The notes beneath the pieces are model-generated. The model had not been told where the DNA came from and did no database searches. It was given only the letters and a program-made list of their open reading frames with translations. The translations under genes and the position numbers were made by a program. Below, one piece after another: positions 1 to 10,100 of a stretch of DNA of 64,000 nt. Source of the stretch: Capsulimonadales bacterium (GTDB lineage Bacteria > Armatimonadota > Armatimonadia > Armatimonadales > Armatimonadaceae); the NCBI GenBank assembly GCA_033762295.1, contig JANRLW010000126.1:12660-76659 (forward strand), in the 5' to 3' direction. Every line of letters begins with the position of its first letter. Position 1 is the stretch's first letter.

Positions 1-648
1 CCACCACTCCGATACGTCGATCGGTTCGCCCGAAGGAGTCAGACGCCGCACCTCCGGCGATGTCAGGGAAACGGCAAACTCCCGAAGCGGACAGAGCAGG
101 CCGGTCCCCAGCGCTTTCAGGTACGCCTCCTTCCGTGCCCAGAACCCGAAAAAAGCCGCATGCCGGTCGGCGGTCGGTAAGGACGCCAGTTCCCGTATCT
201 CCGGGACCGAGAAATACGATCCGGCCAGCTCCGTTACCTCGAAATCGGTCCGAATCCGCTCGATATCGACCCCGACCGCATGGTCCCGCAGGACCGCGTA
301 AACGGCGCGATCCTCCGAGTGGGAGACATTGAAATGCAACGAGGCGGGACCCGACCGATCCGCCAGATAGGGCTTCCCCTCCGCCGTCGTTTCCAGCCGA
401 AGCGCGTTCGGGGCGATTCCCGTGTAGCGGCTCAGGATTTCGCGAAGCAGCCCGCGTCCGACGACGTAACGGTTGCGGTCACGTTCGAAATGAAATCGCG
501 CCGCACGCGCCGCTTCCCCTGCGGACAGGCAGGCGCGCAAGGACGCCCGCCGTTCTTCCGGCATGTCGAGCCGCGCGGTATACAGGTGGGCGCAGAAAGC
601 GGAGACCTCCGGAATCGGGGCATCGTCGGATAGGTGGCGTATCCGCAT
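1..648 (-). CDS. Sfp/HetI-type 4'-phosphopantetheinyl transferase (3' end runs off the window)
   Basis: Absent from the ORF track. Manual translation from ATG at 648, just after the hydrolase stop at 651, gives MRIRHLSDD...RAARFHFERDRNRYVVGRGLLREILSRY...GKPYL...LHFNVSHSED...VGVDIE...RKEAYLKALGTGL. These are the FNxSH, GxDxE and KEAxxKA PPTase motifs. No stop before position 1. Confidence 0.93.
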   Translation of the reverse strand, partial: MRIRHLSDDAPIPEVSAFCAHLYTARLDMPEERRASLRACLSAGEAARAARFHFERDRNRYVVGRGLLREILSRYTGIAPNALRLETTAEGKPYLADRSGPASLHFNVSHSEDRAVYAVLRDHAVGVDIERIRTDFEVTELAGSYFSVPEIRELASLPTADRHAAFFGFWARKEAYLKALGTGLLCPLREFAVSLTSPEVRRLTPSGEPIDVSEWW

Positions 649-650
649 CG

Positions 651-1583
651 CTACGTTCCCGGAAGAACGGCGTCAAAGAAGGCGGACAGACGTCGCACAT
701 ATTCCCCGGCGGCGACCCGATGGTAATCGCCATGTCCCGCTCCGGGAACCTGCCAGAGCCAGTGCGGTTCGCCCGTGGCGGCGAAAAGGCGACCGGCTTC
801 CTCACGGGACACATCGCCGATTTCACCGTGGAGGACGAAGACCGGGCGCGGAGCGATCCGCGCCGCCGAAGCGACGGTATCGGTGGCATCGAGGTTGACA
901 CCCGAACGCCGGATCGTTTCCTCGGCCGGAAAACGACTGAGCCAGCCCCATTTGGAAAAGTCCTGGCGGATCGTTTCCCGGACCGACGGAACCGTGCCTT
1001 CCAGGACGACGGCGGCAAGCCGCAGGTCTTGCGCGGCGACCTCGGCGGCGACCACGCCGCCCATGGAGAAACCGACGATTCCGATACGTCCCCGGTCGAT
1101 GTCGGGAAGCGCACTCAGAAAATCCAGGGCGCCGGTCAGATCCGCCCGCTCGCGGTCGCCCCAGGTGACCCGTTCGCCGTCGCTCTCACCGTGCGCCCGC
1201 CAGTCGAACAGCAGGACGCCGTAGCCTTTCCGGACGAAGACGTTCGCCAGTTCCCATTTCTCGGCGCGGTTCTCCCCGAAACCGTGGGTCAGGATCAACG
1301 CCGCGCGATTGGACGCCGGAAAATACCACCCGCGTATGGTCAGGCCATCGTCGGTACGCCAGGAGACGTCCCGCCAGCCGGACTCCATCCCTTCGGGTTT
1401 TTGCACCGGTTTCCGGACCGGAAAGACCAGGGTGCGCGCGATCCGCGAACTGCGCCACGCGACCGCCACGCAAAAAAAGAGATTGCCGAGCAAAAGCCCG
1501 AGGAGGAGACGGAACGGAAACGCCCCCCGCGACCGACGCACGGGGGGAAGGCCGGCATCGGTCGCGGGAGGCGTGAACGTCAT
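651..1583 (-). CDS. Alpha/beta hydrolase with N-terminal membrane anchor, in the NRPS/PKS operon
   Basis: HGF oxyanion motif, GFSMGG nucleophile elbow, C-terminal GAGH, hydrophobic N-terminal segment; starts 13 bp after the upstream NRPS stop. Confidence 0.85.
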   Translation of the reverse strand: MTFTPPATDAGLPPVRRSRGAFPFRLLLGLLLGNLFFCVAVAWRSSRIARTLVFPVRKPVQKPEGMESGWRDVSWRTDDGLTIRGWYFPASNRAALILTHGFGENRAEKWELANVFVRKGYGVLLFDWRAHGESDGERVTWGDRERADLTGALDFLSALPDIDRGRIGIVGFSMGGVVAAEVAAQDLRLAAVVLEGTVPSVRETIRQDFSKWGWLSRFPAEETIRRSGVNLDATDTVASAARIAPRPVFVLHGEIGDVSREEAGRLFAATGEPHWLWQVPGAGHGDYHRVAAGEYVRRLSAFFDAVLPGT

Positions 1584-1596
1584 GGCAGTTCGAACT

Positions 1597-4176
1597 TTAC
1601 CGGTTGGTCAGCGCTTCCGAAATCTTCGCTTCCATGGCGGCGGCCAGTTGACGAACGTTCGGCTCCTTCAGCATGCCCAGGTGATTTCCCGGAATATCGA
1701 TGATTTCCATTCCGCCCGCCGCCATACCCTTCCACCAGAGGTCCGGGTCGTAGTACGAGAAGTTGTTTCGGACGGTGGCGCGGAACATGACCATCCGGCC
1801 GGGGTAAATGTCGGGATGGTAATGAAGGACCGACTGATCGGCCACTTTCTGTATCTCTCGCAGCGTTTCCGGCACGAACTTCTCCGTGTCGACGTCCAGC
1901 ACGGTTTCCTTGCCCTGAACGACCTCTTTCGCCTTCTTCTTGACGCCCGACAGGACGTATTGCAGTTTGTGGCGAACATCCATCTCCCGCATGGCCTCAA
2001 GGTGGAGCGGCATACGGTTGGCGGCGGGCATGGCGAAGAGGTTCTGCTGGAACGCCACCGGCGCGAACGTGTCCAGGAGAGCGAGCAGGGCGACTTCCCG
2101 GCCCTGGCGGTGAAGCTGCTGGGCGATCTCGAAGGCCAGAATACCCCCGAAGGAGGAGCCGGCCAGAAGATAGGGACCGCTCGGGTAGAACGTTACGATC
2201 TCCTGCAGGTACTTGGCGGCCATTTCCTCGACGCCGGTCATTTTTATCTCCGCGCCGTGAAGCATTTCGGTCTCGATCCCGTAGACCGGCTGGTCCTGAC
2301 CCAGGTACTGGGCCATCGCGTCATAGCACATGACGATGCCGTCGTTCCGATGGAGACAGAACAGCGGGGGACGATGTCCGTTCGGCCGGATCGGAATCAG
2401 GTTGGAGAACCGGGTGGCCTCACCGCCGGACATCCGATCGCTGAGCTGAGCGATCGTTCGCGCGCGGAAAAGGGTGGCCAGCGGGAGCGCCTGTCCGTAC
2501 TCCTGCTCGATCCGCGCGAAGAGGCGAATCGCCAGGAGGGAGTGGCCGCCAAGAGCGAAGAAGTCATCATGGATGCCGATTCGCCCAATGCCCATGACTT
2601 CCTGCCAGATCTCGGTCAGGCGGGCCTCCATCGGGTTGCGCGCCGCCGCGTAGGCCGTTCTTTCGGCGGGAGAGTCGCCCGGAGCGGCTTCCTGCCGTGC
2701 GCGCGCCCGCTTCCGCGCCATCTCGTCCGCTTCCTCGGGCGTCAGGATGTTCCAGTCGGTCGGTCGCCCGGTCGGGTCGGCGACCGCCTTTTCGAGGATA
2801 CGGCGGTAATGGTCGATCAGCCGGACGATCGAACTCCGGTCGAAGAGCGCGGTGTTGTACTCCACCTGAACGCGTGAGCCTTCGGCACGGTCCAGAATCG
2901 CGCACTGAATATCGAACAGGGCGCCCGGACTGACCGAACGGAGCGGCGTCAAATGCAGGTCCGGGAGTTCCATCGGCTGCATAAAGGCCCGCTGATAGAT
3001 GAAGTTGGTCCGCAGAAGCGGGGTTCGACCCCGTTCGGGGTCCGGCGGAATCGTCTCCATCAGGCGTTCGAACGGCAGGTCGGAGTGGGCGAATGCCGCC
3101 AGGGAAAGGTCGCGGACGCGCGCCAGAACCTCCCGGAAGGTCGGTTGACCGGAGACGTCGCAACGGAAGATCATCAGGTTGGAGAAGAGGCCGATCAGCG
3201 GCTCCAGTTCGACCTGTCGACGGTTGGCCGTCGGAGAGCCGATCAGAAGGTCGGTCTGGTCGGTATACAGGTTCAGAAGAACGTTGTAGGCGGCCAGGTA
3301 GACCATGAACATCGTGCAGTCCTCCTGCCGGCAGAACGCCTGGAGGGATTGAACGAGTTCGTTGCTGAAAAGGAGCGTTTCGATGTCCCCCGGCGTCAGC
3401 CGATCGTTCGGTCGCGGGTGATCGGTCGGCAGATTCAGCAAAGGCAGCTTTCCGGAGAACCGTTTCGTCCAGAAGTCGACCTGCGGTCCGCTGTCCTTCT
3501 CCAGCCATTCCAGCTGCCATCCGGCGAAGTCGGCAAACTGCAGGGGGAGTTCGGGCAGCCGGGGATCATGTCCGGTGACGAACGCCGTATACAGGGTTCC
3601 GATTTCATGGACCAGTACGCCGTTGGACCAGCCGTCACAGATGATATGGTGCAGGGTCAGCAGAAGGATATGATGATCCTCCGCGATCTTCACCAGTCGG
3701 GCGACGAACAGGGGACCCTTCTCGGTGGACAGGGGTTGTGCTGCCTCCCGGTGGGTCACCTCCTCGGCTCTCGCCTCCCGCTCCGCTTCCGGGACGTCGG
3801 TCAGGTCGGTGAGAGCGAGGTCCATGGTCCGTTCGGGAGCGATCGCCTGCATCAGCTTTCCGTCGACGGAGACGAACGTGGTCCGCAGGGTCTCATGCCG
3901 AAGCACGACCTCCTGCAGCGCCCGTTGCAGTGCGGGGACATCGACCCGCCCGCGGAGCCGCAGCGCCAGCGGCATATTGAGCGCGGGGTTCCCCGGCTGG
4001 AACTGTTCCAGCGCCCAGAAACGCTGCTGCGACACGGAAGCCGGAAGCAGATAGACCTCCTCGGCGGAAGGATCTTCCGTCTCCTCCGTCCCTACTTGCG
4101 TCATTTCCGGTTGGCTCTCCTCGGTGTGTGTCGGCAGGACCGCCTTTTCTTCGTTCGATGAAATTAATGAAATCAC
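1597..4176 (-). CDS. NRPS termination protein C-PCP-TE (no adenylation domain)
   Basis: HHIICDG condensation motif, LGGHSL carrier Ser, GSSFGG and PGNH thioesterase motifs; GTG start overlaps the upstream TGA (GTGA, 4176-4173). Confidence 0.92.
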   Translation of the reverse strand: MISLISSNEEKAVLPTHTEESQPEMTQVGTEETEDPSAEEVYLLPASVSQQRFWALEQFQPGNPALNMPLALRLRGRVDVPALQRALQEVVLRHETLRTTFVSVDGKLMQAIAPERTMDLALTDLTDVPEAEREARAEEVTHREAAQPLSTEKGPLFVARLVKIAEDHHILLLTLHHIICDGWSNGVLVHEIGTLYTAFVTGHDPRLPELPLQFADFAGWQLEWLEKDSGPQVDFWTKRFSGKLPLLNLPTDHPRPNDRLTPGDIETLLFSNELVQSLQAFCRQEDCTMFMVYLAAYNVLLNLYTDQTDLLIGSPTANRRQVELEPLIGLFSNLMIFRCDVSGQPTFREVLARVRDLSLAAFAHSDLPFERLMETIPPDPERGRTPLLRTNFIYQRAFMQPMELPDLHLTPLRSVSPGALFDIQCAILDRAEGSRVQVEYNTALFDRSSIVRLIDHYRRILEKAVADPTGRPTDWNILTPEEADEMARKRARARQEAAPGDSPAERTAYAAARNPMEARLTEIWQEVMGIGRIGIHDDFFALGGHSLLAIRLFARIEQEYGQALPLATLFRARTIAQLSDRMSGGEATRFSNLIPIRPNGHRPPLFCLHRNDGIVMCYDAMAQYLGQDQPVYGIETEMLHGAEIKMTGVEEMAAKYLQEIVTFYPSGPYLLAGSSFGGILAFEIAQQLHRQGREVALLALLDTFAPVAFQQNLFAMPAANRMPLHLEAMREMDVRHKLQYVLSGVKKKAKEVVQGKETVLDVDTEKFVPETLREIQKVADQSVLHYHPDIYPGRMVMFRATVRNNFSYYDPDLWWKGMAAGGMEIIDIPGNHLGMLKEPNVRQLAAAMEAKISEALTNR

Positions 4177-7100
4177 TGGAGTGATGACCTCTTTACGCGA
4201 TTCGCGTCACGAGACAGGCGGGAGATGGAGGGCGTCACGGGGGTGGTCGCCTGGGATTCGGCTTTCGTGACTACCTGTGCCAGCTCCGCGATGGTTCGAT
4301 GCTGAAACACCTGACGCGGCGTTATTTGAATGCCCGCTTGTTGTGTTCTGGTCGTGATCCGGAAGATTAGGAGCGAATCCGCGCCCAGATCAAAGATGTT
4401 ATCATGGATACCGACCTGTTCCAGACGGAGGACATCGGCCCAGATGCCCGCCAGCGTCTTCTCCGTATCCGTCCCGGGCGCGACATATTTCGACTCCGAA
4501 CGAACGGAGCTCCAGTCCGGCGCCGGCAATGCTCGTCTGTCTATTTTACCATTCGGCGTTTGCGGAAGCGAAGAAAGCGAGACAAAAATCGCCGGAACCA
4601 TGTAATCCGGTAATTTGTTTTCAATAAACCGCCGGAGGGCATTGGCGCCTTCGGTTCGATCGGTGACCGCCTCCGTCGGAACGACATAGGCGACCAGCCG
4701 TTTCGTTCCCGCCTCCTCTCGCGCCACCACGACCGCGTCCCGAACGTCCGCGTGCTCCCGGATCGCGTTCTCGATCTCTCCGAGTTCGATCCGGAAACCC
4801 CGGACCTTGACCTGATTATCGATACGGCCGAGGAAGTCCAGGTAGCCGTTCGGGAGGTACCGGGCCAGGTCGCCCGTCCGGTACATCCGGGCGTCCGGTG
4901 TCGCCGCGAAGGGGTCCGGGACGAATTTTTCGGCGGTCAGTTCCGGGCGGTTCAGATAGCCTCGCGCCAGTCCGTCTCCTCCGATGCATAGCTCGCCGGC
5001 GACCCCGACCGGGACCGGCTGACCCTGTTCATCCAGGATATAAAACTGCGTATTGGCGATCGGTGGGCCGACCGGAACCGAGCCGGAGTCCGAGGTCACC
5101 CGGGAGGCGGCCGACCAGATGGTCGTCTCGGTCGGACCGTACATGTTCCAGAGTTCCGGGCTGCGTCGAAGCAGCGTCTCCGCCAGGTCGCGGGGCAGGG
5201 CCTCGCCGCCACAGAGCATCTTGAAATCGGGGGCGGGTTTCCAGTCGGCCTCGGTCAAAAGCCGCCAGGTCGCCGGCGTCGCCTGCAGCACGGTGGCACG
5301 CTTCTCCTCCATATGTTTCGCCAGCGCGAAGCCGTCGGAGGCGACTTCCCGGCTCACCACCACCACCTGCGCGCCGACCATCAGCGGAAGCCATAACTCC
5401 AGCCCGGCGATGTCGAAGGACAGCGTGGTGACGGCGGCCAGAACGTCATCCTGGCTCAGCCCCGGTTTCTCCTTCATCGAGAAGAGGAAGTTGACCAGCG
5501 CACGGTGTTCGATCTGCACGCCCTTGGGCTTCCCGGTCGAACCGGACGTGTAGAGGACGTAGGCCAGGTTTTCCGCCGTGGCGACGGGGGACGGGTTCTC
5601 CGCGCTTTCCAGGGCGATATCCGCATGGTCGAGGGAAAGGTTGACGATTTTCGCCTGATGGACCGGCAGGCTGTCGAGCAGGCCGCGCTCGGTGATCACA
5701 ACCGGCATCCGGGCGTCCTCGACCATGAAGGCGAGTCGATCCTCAGGGAAGGACGGATCGAGCGGGACGTAGGCAGCTCCGGCTTTCAGGATACCGAGAG
5801 CGCTGATCACCATGTCGGCGGATCGTTCCACGCAAAGTCCGATCAGCGTCTCCGGTCCCGCGCCCCGTTTCCGCAGGTAATGGGCCAGCTGGTTGGCGCG
5901 GGCATGGACCTCGGCATAGGTGAGAGTCCGATCCTGGAAGACCAGCGCGGTTCGATCGGGGGTACGCGCCGCCTGTTCCTCCAGCAGCCGGGGAAGCGTC
6001 GCATCCTTCGGATAGTCGGCCCCGGTCGCGTTCCACTCGACCAGGAGGCGATGACGGTCCGTTTCCGACAGCAGAGGCAGGGCGGAGAGGGACGCGTTCC
6101 AGTCCGCCATGATGCCGCGCAGGAGGGTTTCGTAGTGGAACATCCAGCGGCGCACCGTCTCACGGTCGTATAGATCGGTGTTGAAGTCCATCTCGAGGCG
6201 CAGTTCGGTCTCGGTGCGGACCATATTGAGGAAGAGGTCCAAATTGACGAACGCCTTCGGGTTGGTGCGGACCTTCGTCTCCAGGCCACGGAAGACCAGA
6301 CCGTCCATGCCCGCCCGGTCGATGTTGAACATGACGGACAGAAGCGGGATGCGCGAACTGTTGCGCGGAAGGTCCAGCGTCCGAATCAGGGTTCCGTAGG
6401 TGTAGTTCTGGTGATCGTAGGCGTCGAGGACCTCGTTTTTGACCCCGGCGGCCAGTTCGGCGAAGGTCGCTCCGGGCTTCAGGCGAGTCCGGACCGGGAG
6501 GAAGTTCAGACAGTGTCCGACCAGATCGGAACTGCCGACCATGGATTGTCCCGCCGCCGGAATACCGACCACGATATCGTCCTGATGGGTCAGTCGATTC
6601 AGCAGAAGGACGAATCCGCTCAGGAGCAGAGTGAACAGGGTCGTGCCGCGCTGTCCGCTGAACCGATTGAGGTCCTGAAGCAGCTGGCCGTCGAAGATCA
6701 CGCGTTCCATCGAGCCGTTATAGGATTTGAACGGCGGCCGGGGACGGTCGGTCGGCAGTTCGAGGTCGGGCACCGGTTCGGCGTAGACGCCTTTCCAGTA
6801 CGCCGCCGCCGCCGCCACCTCCTCGCCGGACCGGTCCTGCTCCTGGAGCAGGGCATATTCGGCGAACTGCATCGCCGGGGGAAAATCCGCCGGGTCTCCG
6901 CCGACCGCCTCCGAGTAGAGCGCGCCGAGTTCGGTCAGCAGGACTCCGAAGGCGAAGCCGTCGCAAACGATATGGTGGGCGGTCAGCACGACGGTGTGTT
7001 CGGTCGCAGATTCGCGGAGCAGCATGGCCCGGAAGACGGGGCCGTTGAGCAGGTCGAACGGGGTGGCGGCGTCCTGAGCGATGCACTCCTCGATCCGTTC

Positions 7101-10100
7101 CGCGCGTCCGCCGGGAGTCAGGTCCGACAGGTCGATGACCGGAATCTCGATTTTGAGTTCGCGCCGGAACTTCTGGAATTCGCCGTCGTCCGTGAAGGTC
7201 GACCGCAGGGCGTCGTGCCGTTCGATCAGGCCATGGATCGCCTGGCGCATCGCCTCGATGTCCATCGTGCCGCGCAGGGTGACCGAGACCGACTCGTTGT
7301 AGGCACAGGAGGCATCATCGCCCATCCGGGCCGAGAACCAGATCTCTTTCTGGGCTTCGGTCGTCGGCGATTGGGCGATATAAACCGGTCGGGGCGAGGG
7401 AACCGTCGGTGCGGGCGACTCGGCGACCGTCGTCGCTGCCGGAACCTCGGACCCGCCGGGCAGAAGGCCGACCGACTGCAGGTCGGCGAGGCTGTCCTCG
7501 AACACTCGTACGGCCGCCGTCAGTTCCTCTTCGGTATGGACGGTCGTCAGGTAGATCGGGAATCCTTCCAGAAGGTAGAGGCCCCGTTCGCGCATCAGGT
7601 AGTAGAGGAGACCGAGATACTTCAGGTCATGGTCGTAGGTCAGGTGGAGGACCGATCCGAAGTGATGCGCGGAGATCGGTACCTGACGTCGCTCGAAGCA
7701 GGCGTTCAGATCGGCGACGAACCGTGCCGCTTTCGCGTTCAGCTTCTCCTGCAGAGCGGGCCCTTCCGTCTTCAGATGGGTAAGAACGGCGTGGGTGGCG
7801 GCGACGGCCTGCGGATGGCGCATGAACGTACCGGCATGGAAGGTCATTCCTACCTCGGGGAACGAGTCGTCGCCGTAGTTCCAGGCCCCGCCGTCCAGGG
7901 CGTCCAGGAAGGTGCGGCTACCGGCCAGAATTCCGACCGGGTACTCCCCGCCGATGACTTTTCCGTAGGTGGCGATATCGGCGCGGATGCCGAACACGGC
8001 CTGCACGCCGCCGGGATGCACCCGGAAACCGGTGACGATCTCGTCGAAGATCAGGGCCGTCCCGGACTTTTCGGTAATCCGGCGCACCTCGGCGACGAAT
8101 TCGCGCGGCTGCAGTTCCGGTCGGCGGCTCTGCACGGTCTCGACCAGAACGGCGGCCAGGTCGTCTGCGTTGTCCCGGATGTAGGCGAGAGCCTCCTCGG
8201 TGCCGTATTCCAGGACCACCATGTTATCGACCGACGACTGTGGGATGCCGGGGGCGAGCGGTTTGGCGCCCGGCCGGCCGTCGATCAGGCCCGGTCGGAC
8301 CAGAACCTCATCGAAGGTGCCGTGGTATCCGCCCGCGAAAACCACGACCTTGTCCCGTCCGGTCACCGTCCGGGAGATGCGGAGGGCGGCCATGACGGCT
8401 TCCGAACCGGTGTTGCAGAAGCAGGCGCGCTCCATGCCGGTCAGTTCGCAGACCAGTTTCGCGACCTCTCCGGCAAGGGTCGTCTGCGGGCCGATCGGCA
8501 CTCCCTTGCGGATCTGCGCCTCGACGGCGCGGGTGATGAACTCCGGCGAGTGGCCGAACATCGTGACGCCGAACCCATTGACGAAATCGACGTACTCGTT
8601 GCCGTCGACATCCGTCAGGCGGGAGCCCGCGGCCCGATCGAAGACCAGCGGATAGACCATGTCCTTCCACTGCTGGCGGAAACCGGCGACGGTGCGCGGA
8701 TCGGCCAGGTATGGGCGGTGAAGGGCGGTTTGCCGTTTGGATTCCGGTGTCTTCGCGACATAGCGTTTGACCAGCGCATCGACGAAGGCCACTTGTCGGG
8801 CATCCAGTTCACCGACCGCACCCCGGTTCACGGGGCGGAATCGACCGATCACCGCCGCCGGTTTCACTTCCGTCGGGGCGTTCGCGGTGGCCCCGGCCAC
8901 CGTCGACGTCTCGGAGACGCTCGGTTGCGCCGCGACCGGAACGGAGGCCGCCAGCGGAACGGGGGCCGCGAACGGAACGACCGGCGCGGGAACGATCGCG
9001 CCGGTTTGAAGCGCCTGAAGCTGCATCGCCATCAACTGGGACATCGCCTGAAGCTGCTGCTGGGCGATACGCTCCAGAGCGCTCGCTCCTTCGGGAGAAA
9101 CGGTTCCGGGAACGGCGAAGGAGGGAAACGCCACCGGTGCGGAGACGACGGACGGTTGCGGCGCGGAGATCGGGTTCGGCGTCACGGGGTTCGCCATGAC
9201 CGGGGCGGCGACGGCAGGAGCGGGCGTCGGCGCGGCAGGTACCGGGGGGACGGTCGGCGAGGCGACCGACGGAGGGGGCACGGTCGGCGAAGGAGCGTCC
9301 GGCGGAAGCGTCCGGTCGAGATGGTCCGCGAGCGCCGCGAGCGACGACAGGTCGCCCATCAGCTGGCGGAACGTGACCCGGACCTTGAACTCCTTCTGCA
9401 ACAGTTGACCGGCCTGCGTCAGGAAAAGAGAATCGAACCCGAGTTCGACGAATCCGGCGGTCGGATCGGCTCCCTCCAGCGACATTCCGGATGCCTGCTG
9501 GAATAGCTCGATCAGCCGGTTCCGGAGTCGTACCGTTCGATCGGATGGCCTCGTGGGTTCGACCGTCGTGGCGACGGACCCGTTGGCGGAAACTGTCATT
9601 GCGCTGGTGCCCCTTTCCTGGTTCTCATTCATCACGTCCACCGTGAAACATGCCTCTCCTGCCTTGACGGCAATCTTTTGATCGGTCGCCGGACTTTCGG
9701 AATGTACCGGTTCGACCCAGAATCTTTTCCTTTCAAACGGATACGTCGGCAACGGCACCCGGCGACGTCGCCAGGGCGCATGGAATGCCTGCCAGTCGAC
9801 GGTGACGCCCAGCATCGCCGCCTGACCGAGAGCGAACAGCAGAGAATCGAGTTCCGGCTTTTCGCTCTCCAGGGAGGTCAGTATCCGACCCTTCGCGGAT
9901 TTGTCGGTCTGCTGGCGGATCAGCCCGCTCAGCGACCCGCCCGGACCGACCTCGATAAAAACGAATCCCGGTTCGGACCGCAGGGTGCGAACCCCCTCCT
10001 CGAATCGGACCGCTTCCCGAAGGTGTCGGCCCCAGTAGGTCGGATCGGTCGCCTCCTCGGAACGAATCCGGTCGCCGCTCAGGTTCGAGATGAAGGGAAT

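Noticed and set aside
60..633. Plus-strand ORFs 60-332 and 280-633
   Set aside because: Antisense shadows of the minus-strand PPTase, which has clear family motifs.
6411..9506. 1031-aa plus-strand ORF (also 1309-2877, 2953-4161, 12684-14531)
   Set aside because: In-register antisense frames of GC3-rich NRPS/PKS genes; no motifs.
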